From Planctomycetota bacterium (GTDB taxonomy: Bacteria > Planctomycetota > UBA8108 > SXIK01), in contig OZ244999.1 of NCBI GenBank assembly GCA_965223265.1, forward strand, positions 2,496,001-2,560,000: a stretch of 64,000 nucleotides of DNA. The letters run 5' to 3'. Of this stretch, positions 46,001 through 54,633 are shown piece after piece; the first letter of the stretch is position 1; each line of letters begins with the position of its first letter. Position numbers and translations under genes: made by a program. The notes beneath the pieces are model-generated. The model worked only from the letters and a program-made list of their open reading frames with translations, had not been told where the DNA came from and did not search any database.

Positions 46001-48467
46001 GCAGAGCGACCTTAGCCACGTTGCTGTGCGGACTGCTCGCCGCGGGACGCCGAACGCGTTCGTTCAGGATGCATTCCAGGCGTTTCAACAGCACGAAGGC
46101 AATCTCGTGCGGTTTGAAGTGACCGCAGCAGACTTCACGATCACGCCGGCGACGAGTGAGGAAGCGGAAGCGTTCTGGGATGAGAATCGTCCTCAGCTGT
46201 CAGTTCTGCCCGGCATCGATCCGGAGTATCAATCGTTCGATCGTTTGACCGAGTTCGACCTGAACAACGACAGCATCGTTCTGGAAAACAGATTCGGCGG
46301 TAAGGCGAGCAACTTCGCTCGCCTGCAGAGCGTCCTCGACGGGCCGATGGCGCAGTACCGAGAGGTTGGATTCGGAATTCCAATGCACTACTACGTGGAA
46401 TTCCTGAACGCTGGGAGAATCCCATCGGCTCGCGATCCAGCCAACGACGTCAGCTATGCCGAGTACATTGCGGAGCTCGAGAATTGGCCAGAGTTCGAGA
46501 GTGATTCACAGCTTCGTTTCTCTGTTCTTGAGAACCTGCGAGACCACATGCGCGAGAACGGAGTCATCGATCCTGAGCTCGTGTCGACGCTCGCCGCACG
46601 CATCGAAGAGGTCTTTGGGTCGCAGCGAACAGTGGTGCGGTTTCGTTCCTCGTCGAATGCTGAAGACGCGCTTGAGTTCAACGGCGCCGGTCTCTATGAC
46701 TCGACTTCCGTGTGTGCGCTGGACGACTTCGATGCGAACAACTCCGGTCCGTCGATCTGTGACCCGACGAAGAACAACGAGCGTACGATTGTGCGGGCAC
46801 TGAAGAAGGTATGGGCGAGCAATTGGAACTTTCGTGCTTATGAAGAACGCGCGTTTTTCGGCATGCCTCAAGACTTGACGGCCATGGGGCTGCTCGTGAG
46901 CCGTGCGTTCCTCGACGAGACGGCGAATGGTGTTGTCTTTACAGGTAACCCAGATCAAGCACTCGACAACAGGTATATCGTCACGGCGCAGGTCGGTGAG
47001 GAGAGCGTCGTCAGTCCCGAACCTGGCGTCGTCGCCGAGAAGAACGTGCTGCGAGTCGAGGAGGGGCGTGTCGTCGAGATCTTTCGCGCTTCGCCATCGA
47101 CCTTGACGGCACCAGGGGAGGTCGTGCTCACCGACGATCAGCTGCGAGAGCTTGGCGCCCTGATCTGGCACATCGATCAGAACTTTTCGATCGACACGGG
47201 TGAGTATTCACGCCGTCAAGTTCTCCTCGACCTTGAGTTCAAGGTCGAGCCGAACGGCGATTTGGCCGTGAAGCAGGTGCGTCCGTTTCTGCGCACGGCC
47301 GAAGCACCGCCGGCTCCTACGTTCGAGCTTCAGATCCCGTCGGGGGCGGCTAGCTGTGGGGTGTTCGTGCATTCGCGTGGCCAGCGGGAAGCACTGTCGC
47401 TGAAGAGCCGGTTGGAGTTCATCGACGGGATCCATCAGCTACCGACAGATGTCGAAAGTTTTACGGGCGAACTCTTTGCCGAGGTTCGGTTCGGCGATGA
47501 GAACGAAATCGCGGTGCCAGACGGTCCCGGTGTCTTTCGCTGGACGGCTTTTTCCGGCGGCGGTACGACGCAGTACAACTTTCGCTTCGAGCAAACGTTT
47601 CGCTTGTCGGATGGTGAACCCCTCACGCTGCGACTACAAGACCTTCAGTTCCGCGGCGAAGGCGAGTTGAGCCTCGACCCTCCGAGGCTCTTTGACGAGG
47701 AGTTTTTGACGAGGAGCTTGAGTCTCGAGGGAGAGCGCGGGCTCACGGTCCGCTACTCGTCGTGCACCTACGAAGTGTTGCCGCTTTGGGAGGTCGGCGT
47801 CACAGCCGCGTCTGGTGAGAGCTTCCGTCTACTGGAACGCTTTGAGCCGGCAGCCGATCCAACCCAAACTGGCCCTGCGAGCTTGGTGTTCGCCGAACTC
47901 GACTTCGGCGGCGGTGTTCAGAGGCAAGTGATCCGCTACTGGGACCTCCTCTACGGCTCTATTCGGCACAACCGCAACGTCAAGTATTGGGTCGTCCTGT
48001 CGCCACCGGTCGCCGTCGACGGACTTGCCGAGAGCGTCCACGTCGTTGAAGTCGTCGCCGAGGAACCAGATCTGGCCATCAAGGCCGAGGTCAACTATCT
48101 CAACGCGAACTTCGCCCAGATCGCGACGCTGAGCGGTCTGACCTTCGAGAAGAGTATCGTCTCCTCGGGCGTCGGCGAGGACGTTCCATTCTCGCGCGGT
48201 GACGTCAACGGAGATGGTCGTGTGCATCTGAGCGATGCCGTCGACTTGGTCAGTCAGCTCTTCCGCGGCACGCCGAACACATCGTGCTGGAAGATCGCCG
48301 ATGCGGATGATGACGGCCTCGTTGATCTCTCGGACGCTGTCGGCATCTTGCTTCATCTCTATGGTGGAGCCGGACCGCTGGCGGCGCCGTTCGGCGCCTG
48401 TGGCGTCGATCCGACGCCCGACAGTGTGCCTTGTCGCGAAGACGCAAATTGCGTGAGCGATGGGTGA
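43080..48467 (+). CDS. Secreted FG-GAP-repeat protein with a phosphohistidine + PEP/pyruvate-binding (ATP-grasp) dikinase core and a dockerin-like tail
   Basis: GGAGG RBS, signal peptide, DCNGNG/DCNGDE repeats, 14 DxDGDGxxD repeats, LSHVAVR, FGGKASN, RSSSNAED...GAGLYDS, DLEFK...KQVRP, C-terminal RGDVNGDG...DADDDG. Confidence 0.85.
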   Translation: MPLIARFFGAILTVWLLFCSSLVGQDCNGNGVEDREDVRTGTSEDCNGDEVPDECEFAPLPFDASDSFHIPGSVVDLIARDFDGDSELDFALSYSGGVMMHLNRGGGEFDTVNHPLAGTSSRWGAGDLDADGDVDLVALFEDGVRVLVNRGDGQFDAGETVALPNLLGIDVGDLNGDGADDIVVANGEEDLISVLMGAPDGALSPKVDYQVGDEPIGVALGDIDADGDLDVAAANQTANTFSLLINDGDGTLQTAATVQVGGVHPESIGMADMNGDGRADVVVGDDFVRVFVQQGDLEFTPSPPFFVGSRWVADLGFGDLDEDGDVDVIAGTRTPGATYGLLNDGQGVLRSGTSVGTGTGALGSAHGDFDGDGDPDLAIGGRRDDSATIEWNNDAARAHFVKVLVEDTVPVFFEPHAGALADVDKDGDLDLLFVDGGASLYLMPNDGQGTFAPRSPERQFSMRANALFSLVVKDLNGDGNLDAAAMSDVQWLVHVLHGDGRGAFEYDTAYTIGAGRPFFMKDVDLNGDGLPELLTTNQGDNSLSILRNLGPDGFADAELLDVGSGPTSIAGADLDSDGDQDVIIASSPLMIFFNDGEGNLSRRVDFEGAGAAFVVTDDMDSDGDLDIITGGGSPSVALFENDGRGGFRFLSGVNTQTSVHSLATGDLNGDTRVDVITSNSVNGTISLVINLGGGELEVVRELVVGEGTRFAPVGDIDGDNDLDIVALNHDTKDYTVVRNRFVGEVGRPFLEGVCTEGDFFSISAPSTVSSEVRRVTKYLLPADPSDPELLPPLFHNVRRYPLHQQFLAAEFADRFAVEFYSQLVGDRATRKYFSGAVFFLQTEEGRRYGYNVLTNFDSDASELPTFEEVRGVHEQMLEAFTLRPLFYFPNSRITREDAATWPDTSFVHFGEADPELSFQAYTQGVGFGRVRLHTRASFDAANESGLISFQDIIVLDHAPRDIEGVVSGVVTAEPQSDLSHVAVRTARRGTPNAFVQDAFQAFQQHEGNLVRFEVTAADFTITPATSEEAEAFWDENRPQLSVLPGIDPEYQSFDRLTEFDLNNDSIVLENRFGGKASNFARLQSVLDGPMAQYREVGFGIPMHYYVEFLNAGRIPSARDPANDVSYAEYIAELENWPEFESDSQLRFSVLENLRDHMRENGVIDPELVSTLAARIEEVFGSQRTVVRFRSSSNAEDALEFNGAGLYDSTSVCALDDFDANNSGPSICDPTKNNERTIVRALKKVWASNWNFRAYEERAFFGMPQDLTAMGLLVSRAFLDETANGVVFTGNPDQALDNRYIVTAQVGEESVVSPEPGVVAEKNVLRVEEGRVVEIFRASPSTLTAPGEVVLTDDQLRELGALIWHIDQNFSIDTGEYSRRQVLLDLEFKVEPNGDLAVKQVRPFLRTAEAPPAPTFELQIPSGAASCGVFVHSRGQREALSLKSRLEFIDGIHQLPTDVESFTGELFAEVRFGDENEIAVPDGPGVFRWTAFSGGGTTQYNFRFEQTFRLSDGEPLTLRLQDLQFRGEGELSLDPPRLFDEEFLTRSLSLEGERGLTVRYSSCTYEVLPLWEVGVTAASGESFRLLERFEPAADPTQTGPASLVFAELDFGGGVQRQVIRYWDLLYGSIRHNRNVKYWVVLSPPVAVDGLAESVHVVEVVAEEPDLAIKAEVNYLNANFAQIATLSGLTFEKSIVSSGVGEDVPFSRGDVNGDGRVHLSDAVDLVSQLFRGTPNTSCWKIADADDDGLVDLSDAVGILLHLYGGAGPLAAPFGACGVDPTPDSVPCREDANCVSDG

Positions 48468-48501
48468 GATCTTCCCGGCGACCAGCCAACGACGTTGAGA
48501 T

Positions 48502-49845
48502 TTAGTCGACGAGACTCCACCGAATCACGGCGAACTCGGTTTGCCCGGTGAAATCCTTCCACCCGATCTTCTCGCCAGAGTATGTTCCGGTGAGCGTGAG
48601 CATCTCTTCGCCGTCGAGGGTGAGCGTGCGTGCAAAGCCGGCGATCAAACCGTTCGATAGGTAGTAAACCTCGTCTCGCCAGGTCTCGCCGTCGTCGTCG
48701 CTGACTACGGCGCGTGCGCCGCTCATCGGTCGAGGGTAACGGTGATCGTACGCGACGACGACGCGGTTGTCTGTGAGGCCGACGGCCTGTCCATGGCACT
48801 GCCCAACCTCGGTCGTCACCTGCCGCAGGCGTGACCACGTTTGACCGCTGTCATCCGAATGGCTGACAAAGACGTGCTTGTACGGGAACGTGTGGCTATG
48901 ACGTTTTGCTCCGGTGACGACGAGAATGTTCGGAGGATCGGACGGCAGCGTGTGCCGCTGGTACCGGATCACGGCAAGCAGTCTGCCGCTGGGGAGTTCT
49001 GTCAGGTTGATCTCGTGTCCCCATTCACCGATGAGCGTTGGCGCGGCAAAGCTTTTGCCGCCATCGCTCGAGCGGAAGAAGAGAGACTTGCCCTCTTTCC
49101 AGGCGCTCTCTCCAGTCGCCGACTGCTCCCAGTAGATAGCGGTGACCGCAGCGACGACGCTGCCATCGCGGAGGACCTCGATGCAGCCGAGGCGAACATC
49201 GTCTGTTTCGAGCGCCGCACCGATCGTCTGCAAGTGGCGCCAAGATTTGCCGTCGTCTTGCGAAATCGAAAGAGTGATCCTGCCCGGCTCGTTCTTCGCC
49301 TGAACCCAGGCGCCATCGGCGAGGACGCGAAGATCCATGAAGTGTTTTTCAGGCTCGCCGATGTCCTCGATTTCATACGACGTGTGGTTCCACGTTTTGC
49401 CACCGTCGCTCGAGCGCGACAGCACGGAGCATTGCGCCGCGTAGAGCGTCCCATCCAGACCTTTAAAGAAGGAGAGGCGCTGCACGTGACCGCACGGGTC
49501 GAGTGGCAGAGCCGTCTTTTCGGCAGGTGTCGCCGAGATCTTGCTGTCGTGAGATCGCAGGACGTAGTCGCCGGCCTGCATCTCGCGCAACGCTTCGACG
49601 GTCGGGAGAATGCCTCCAAGAGCAACCGTCGACCAGCCGCGGGCGGCATAGTCAGGGGGCGGTGCGACGCTTCGATGTGCTGGCACATCGCCAGCCAATG
49701 TGTGCGCCACACAGACACAGAGGAACGCTGCAGCGATGCAGTCCTGATGCCACCGCCGACACCTGCGAGACGTGCGACCACAACACAAGAAAGATTGAGT
49801 TCGAGGCATCGGTCGACTCATTTCGCTAGCTCCAACTTCGTTCAC
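48502..49845 (-). CDS. BNR/Asp-box sialidase-fold protein
   Basis: SSDGGKTW, SQDDGKSW, SSDGGKSF, SDDSGQTW, SDDDGETW. Start is uncertain. Confidence 0.8.
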   Translation of the reverse strand: MNEVGASEMSRPMPRTQSFLCCGRTSRRCRRWHQDCIAAAFLCVCVAHTLAGDVPAHRSVAPPPDYAARGWSTVALGGILPTVEALREMQAGDYVLRSHDSKISATPAEKTALPLDPCGHVQRLSFFKGLDGTLYAAQCSVLSRSSDGGKTWNHTSYEIEDIGEPEKHFMDLRVLADGAWVQAKNEPGRITLSISQDDGKSWRHLQTIGAALETDDVRLGCIEVLRDGSVVAAVTAIYWEQSATGESAWKEGKSLFFRSSDGGKSFAAPTLIGEWGHEINLTELPSGRLLAVIRYQRHTLPSDPPNILVVTGAKRHSHTFPYKHVFVSHSDDSGQTWSRLRQVTTEVGQCHGQAVGLTDNRVVVAYDHRYPRPMSGARAVVSDDDGETWRDEVYYLSNGLIAGFARTLTLDGEEMLTLTGTYSGEKIGWKDFTGQTEFAVIRWSLVD

Positions 49846-51011
49846 GAGTCCTGCAGGCGCGCGTTGAGGGCGACCAGCGCGATGCGACTGATGCCAACGT
49901 CTTCCTTATTGATCGAATACGCAATGTAGAGGTGTTCTTTCCAGCTCGTCGACGACGGGTACTGGAACCCATCCAGCTTGTTCAGACCCTTGAAGCGTTT
50001 AGTGGTCGGTTCGCCGCGGACGACGAAGGCTCGATCGAACGTGACTCCGTCGCGACTGAAGGCGATCGTGAGTGGAGTTCGACGGCCAATCGATTTCACC
50101 TCGCCGGCGTTGTGGTTTGGGTTGTTGATGATGTACGCGGTCAGGTCGCTGAGGTTGCCAGCGTGCGTCCGCGCTGTCGCGCAGGGAAAGTTAGTCGGTG
50201 CGGGGCGTGTCCAGCTGCTGCCGCCGTCGCGGCTGATGCTGGCGTACAGAGTGGCTTCGGGCCGCGGCCTTGTTCGCGTCCGAAACAGCATGACAACGGA
50301 GCCGTCGCGGCGCTCAAACCATGTCGGCTCGGGCCAGCCAAAAAGGTCGGCGAAGGGAATCGAGGCATCCTTCCACCCTGAGGTGCCGTCGGGGGAGTCA
50401 GAATAGAGAAGACGCGGCTGACGATGGGGGAACTGGCCATTCATGAGGAGTCGGCCCGACCGCAAGCGTCGTGGGCTCTCGATGAAGAAACCGGCGACGA
50501 GATCCTTCTTCTGCTTCCACGTCGTTCCGTCCCGCGACGACATGGCAACGAGTCGGTCGCGCACGTGCGTTGTGTGATTGTCGACGATCGTGCTGTAGTA
50601 GGCTACGAGCTCGTCTGTGGCGACGTAAAACCCAGCTGCTACGCAGCCGAGTTCGCCGCCGGCCCCATCAGGGTCGGCGGCAAGGACCATGGGCGTCGAC
50701 CAATGATCGCCATCGTCACTGAAAGAAAAGACGACAACCTGGCCGTCGCGATCTTCCTCACGAATCCCGCTCGACCAAGAGGCGTAGAGACGATCGTTGA
50801 AAACGGCGAGGTTGGAATGGTGGCAGAATTTGTAGCCGCTCGGTGAGGCGCGGTAGAGCGTCGTGTGCGTCGCCGGGATCGTTTCTAGACCGAGCGCGCG
50901 GGGGTCGCTCTGATCGAACAGACCCTTCGCAGCCTGGATGGGGGGCGGATCTTCGCGTGGCGTGCCATGAAGCGCCGCGGCACTCCAGGCGATGAGCGCC
51001 AGACAGCGCAT
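49842..51011 (-). CDS. Secreted BNR exo-sialidase-fold protein
   Basis: Signal peptide; SDDGDHW, SRDGTTW, SRDGGSSW, SRDGVTF; FQYP, YSINKED. Confidence 0.8.
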   Translation of the reverse strand: MRCLALIAWSAAALHGTPREDPPPIQAAKGLFDQSDPRALGLETIPATHTTLYRASPSGYKFCHHSNLAVFNDRLYASWSSGIREEDRDGQVVVFSFSDDGDHWSTPMVLAADPDGAGGELGCVAAGFYVATDELVAYYSTIVDNHTTHVRDRLVAMSSRDGTTWKQKKDLVAGFFIESPRRLRSGRLLMNGQFPHRQPRLLYSDSPDGTSGWKDASIPFADLFGWPEPTWFERRDGSVVMLFRTRTRPRPEATLYASISRDGGSSWTRPAPTNFPCATARTHAGNLSDLTAYIINNPNHNAGEVKSIGRRTPLTIAFSRDGVTFDRAFVVRGEPTTKRFKGLNKLDGFQYPSSTSWKEHLYIAYSINKEDVGISRIALVALNARLQDS

Positions 51012-51448
51012 CAGCGTGATCGATCCAAACGCCCTACCGCGTCTCGCCGCGCGATGGCCGCAAGGCGCGCTACGAAGAACCTTTGCACGCGCGTAGAATG
51101 AGTTGTTTGTGCTCGCCATCTCTTTTGGAGCGACGGAGTCCACTAAAGCGAGAGGGAGTGAGGCAGTATTCGTGTTCGACCGCCGCATCGTACTGGATGA
51201 GGCTCTCTCATTCCCCATCTGATCTCTCGCCCCGCCTTGTTGACGCCTCTCTTTGGTGTTGCGATCGGAGCTGCCTTCGAGGCGTACAGCCGATCCTGAT
51301 CGAGAACCGTTGCGCTCGTGTCGGTGCACCTTGACGGCGACTCCATCTTTCGCCAAACTCGAGCGTCAAGCGCGAGTGCTCTCAATGTTCTGTTTTTTGT
51401 GTTCATGGTGTCAGTAACACTCTCGGTCGAGGATTCAGAGGCGGTGTT

Positions 51449-52153
51449 GTGTCGCTCTTGAGTGCTCGCGGCGTCGGTCGACGTCAGGCGAGCGACCAGC
51501 CCTGGCTCTTGGACGACGTCTCGCTCGAGATCTCACGCGGTGGGCGTCGAACGATCGTCGGTCCAACCGGCGCGGGAAAGACGCTTCTCCTCAGGGCGTT
51601 AGCCTGCCTCGATCCGTTGGACCGTGGCGAGATCCTATGGCGCGGCGACGCGGTTCGTGGCCGCGATGTGCCACGCTTTCGGCGCCAGGTGATCTATTTG
51701 CACCAACGCCCTGCACTCATTGAGGGCACGGTGGAAGAGAATCTGCGTCTGCCGTTCAGTTTTCGCAGTGGCCTCGCTCGGGGACACACTCAGTTCGATT
51801 TGGGTGCAGCACTTTCCCTTCTCGAACGGGCAAATCGGACGAGAGACTTTCTCGATCGGCTCACCCGAGATCTTTCCGGCGGAGAATCTCAAATCGTCGC
51901 CCTCGTTCGGGCCGTTCAGCTTGACCCGGTAGTGCTCTTACTTGACGAACCGACCGCCTCGCTGGATGGCGAGACGGCTGGACTGCTCGAAAGTCTCGTC
52001 ATGAGCTGGTATGACGCTGCGCCCGGCGAACGCGCCTTCGTCTGGGTGAGTCACGACGCAGAGCAGGTTGCCCGCATCGGAGCCGAAACTCTCACGATGC
52101 GAGCCGGGCGTATCGTCGCAGGCGGCGACCAGAGAGCGGAGGATCGGACGTGA
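51449..52153 (+). CDS. ABC transporter ATP-binding protein (FetA/YbbL-like)
   Basis: GPTGAGKT, LSGGE, LLLDEPT, VSHD; coupled to a UPF0014 permease. Confidence 0.88.
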   Translation: MSLLSARGVGRRQASDQPWLLDDVSLEISRGGRRTIVGPTGAGKTLLLRALACLDPLDRGEILWRGDAVRGRDVPRFRRQVIYLHQRPALIEGTVEENLRLPFSFRSGLARGHTQFDLGAALSLLERANRTRDFLDRLTRDLSGGESQIVALVRAVQLDPVVLLLDEPTASLDGETAGLLESLVMSWYDAAPGERAFVWVSHDAEQVARIGAETLTMRAGRIVAGGDQRAEDRT

Positions 52154-52950
52154 AGTACCTCGAACTGACGTCCATCGATGTCGCGCTGGCCGCAGCGCTG
52201 ATCGTGATCAACGGCGTCATCTCGCTGCTGCTAGGGCTGCGGATGGAACGTTCGCTGATTCTTGCGTCTCTGCGCACGGTCCTACAGCTGCTATTGATCG
52301 GACTAGTTCTCCAGTCAGTGTTTGAAATGAAACACTGGCTTGCGATTGCAGGCCTCTTGATCCTTATGACGTCGATCGCCGGGGTTGCTGCGGTCGGTCG
52401 CGTGCAGCATCGATATCGCGGCATCTACGTCGACAGCGTCATTGCCGTCTGGTCGAGCTCCTGGTTGGTGGCCGCCTACGGGCTCCTGGTCATCTTGCGC
52501 CAGAACGAGCCTTGGTATCAGCCTCAGTACGTGATCCCACTGGTCGGAATGATTCTTGGGAATTCCCTCAACGGCATTTCCTTGGGGCTTAATCGACTCA
52601 ACGGGCAGTTGATTGCGGATCGCGATCGCGTCGAAGCTCAACTGGCGCTCGGTGCCTCGCGCTGGGAGGCGGCGCGCGGGAGTGTGCGGCAAGCCGTGCA
52701 CGCCGGTTTGACACCGATCATCAATTCGATGATGATCGTCGGCATTGTCAGTTTGCCCGGCATGATGACGGGCCAGTTGCTCTCCGGTGTGTCGCCTCTT
52801 CAAGCCGTGCGCTATCAGATCGTCATCATGTTTCTGATCGCCGCGGCGACTGCACTGGGGACGGTGGCCGTTGTGCTGCTCAGCTATCGGCGGCTCTTCA
52901 ACAGCGACCATCAGTTCTGCTACTACCGACTGCGCGGTGAAGGTCGTTAG
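52150..52950 (+). CDS. fetB: UPF0014 ABC permease (FetB/YbbM-like)
   Basis: RTVLQLLLIG, PQYVIPLVGMILGNS, GIVSLPGMMTGQ, AVRYQI. Confidence 0.85.
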   Translation: MKYLELTSIDVALAAALIVINGVISLLLGLRMERSLILASLRTVLQLLLIGLVLQSVFEMKHWLAIAGLLILMTSIAGVAAVGRVQHRYRGIYVDSVIAVWSSSWLVAAYGLLVILRQNEPWYQPQYVIPLVGMILGNSLNGISLGLNRLNGQLIADRDRVEAQLALGASRWEAARGSVRQAVHAGLTPIINSMMIVGIVSLPGMMTGQLLSGVSPLQAVRYQIVIMFLIAAATALGTVAVVLLSYRRLFNSDHQFCYYRLRGEGR

Positions 52951-53110
52951 AAGCGCTAAGTTCGACGCTGGCGAACGCCGTTTCGTGTCTTTTGGAAAAG
53001 AGGAACTGCGGGATGGACTACCACGAGCGCGGGTAACCTCCGACAGTCTTTGAGTCGTGACGCGGCCGCGCTTGGCGGGAAGAGGTTAGCTTCTCGGCCG
53101 AATGACTTTT

Positions 53111-54433
53111 TCAGCGGGCTGTTAACCCGGGGTAGTCGAGCGTGTACGGCCGACGATACTCCTTGGTCAACAGCGCGTTGGCCTTCTGCAGATCGGCGCT
53201 CGAGCGCGTAATGCGCTGGGCAGCAGGATCGTACGTGAGTGTGGCGTTTCCGAGTCGCGTGCCGATGTTGCCGAGGTTGCACAGGTTCGTCGACACGGCG
53301 GCGATTTCGATCGGCGCATGGAGCCGTGAAGGATCGTTGTGGCGTGCCGCGTCGATGAAGTTCTCGAAGTTCCCGCCTGTTGACTCGATCCCGTAGTCCT
53401 CGGCACGGATCTGAATCTTCTCACGACCCTTGTCGCGGACCGCCGTTGAGCCGGTCACGAAGCCATCGGTGCCGTAGAACACGGTGTGGTTGCCGCCGCC
53501 TTCGAGTCCGTAAGGCGTCCACAGACGCATCTCATAGATCACCTGAACGTCAGGATAAACGTACACCACGTTCTGCGTGTCCGGCGTCTCGTGGTCGTCG
53601 TCGTACCAGAGCTGCCCGCCCGAGGTGACGATCTCGGTTGGATACTCCCGGTCTTTTCCCATGCCCCAGATCGCCAAATCAACGTGGTGGATGCCGTCGT
53701 TGACAAGGTCTCCGCCACCATAGTCCCAGAACCAGTGCCAGTTGTAGTGCCACCGATTCTCCGTGAACGCATGCTTTGGCGCGGGACCCTGCCAAAGATC
53801 GTAGTTGACGCCTGCGGGTGGGGCGGTCGGTTTCGCGCGCCCGATCTCTCGCCGTCGCTGGTGGTTGATCGCCTTGGCCATCAAAACCTTGCCGACGATA
53901 CCCGCGCGCAGCGCTTTGGCGACCGCCATGAAGCTGGCGACACTACGCCTTTGCGTGCCGTGTTGAACGCACTTGTTGTTTTCGGCCGCTGCCCGCACGA
54001 GAAGGTTCGCTTCGTGGACCGTGTGACTCGCTGGCTTTTCGACGTAGACGTGTTTGCCCGCGAGAATTGCCGCGAGCGCCACTGGTGCGTGCCAGTGATC
54101 ACAGGTGGCGATACTGATCGTGTCGATGTCTTTGTCGTCGAGGAGTCTGCGGAAGTCATCGTACTTCTTCGGTTGGGCCGCGTCGCCGACGCGTTCGGCG
54201 GTCTTGTCAAGGCGCGCCGGGTCGACGTCACAGATCGCGACGAGCCGGCAGTTCTCCGTCTTGGCGAACCCTTCCGCGTGTCTGGATCCCTGTCCACCGA
54301 CGCCGACCACCGCATGGTTGATCGTCTCATTGGCGCTCGCCCCGCGGGCCGAGGAATAGACTGCAGGGGCCGCTGCCGCCAGAATTCCCGCCCCGGTCGT
54401 CTTGACAAACTTGCGACGCGTCCAGTTCGTCAT
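53111..54433 (-). CDS. Tat-exported Gfo/Idh/MocA oxidoreductase
   Basis: TRRKFV, VGVGGQG, DHWH, GKHVYVEKP, GTQRRS, DGIHHVD. Confidence 0.9.
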   Translation of the reverse strand: MTNWTRRKFVKTTGAGILAAAAPAVYSSARGASANETINHAVVGVGGQGSRHAEGFAKTENCRLVAICDVDPARLDKTAERVGDAAQPKKYDDFRRLLDDKDIDTISIATCDHWHAPVALAAILAGKHVYVEKPASHTVHEANLLVRAAAENNKCVQHGTQRRSVASFMAVAKALRAGIVGKVLMAKAINHQRRREIGRAKPTAPPAGVNYDLWQGPAPKHAFTENRWHYNWHWFWDYGGGDLVNDGIHHVDLAIWGMGKDREYPTEIVTSGGQLWYDDDHETPDTQNVVYVYPDVQVIYEMRLWTPYGLEGGGNHTVFYGTDGFVTGSTAVRDKGREKIQIRAEDYGIESTGGNFENFIDAARHNDPSRLHAPIEIAAVSTNLCNLGNIGTRLGNATLTYDPAAQRITRSSADLQKANALLTKEYRRPYTLDYPGLTAR

Positions 54434-54633
54434 CTGTTCTCTCCTGATCCAGTTTGTGTCGGCCTGAGAGCAGCTTGCCAGAGTCGCCCGCTGTCTCGAA
54501 TCAAAAATTCGTGTCATTTTCGCACGCAGCCCTGATGGCCGCAGTTTTTACCCGCCGAAAGGGTGGCACGCTGGACACAGGCTTGCCGGCCTGGACCTTA
54601 CGGGCTAACGTCATGAGAGGAGAAACGAGCTCA

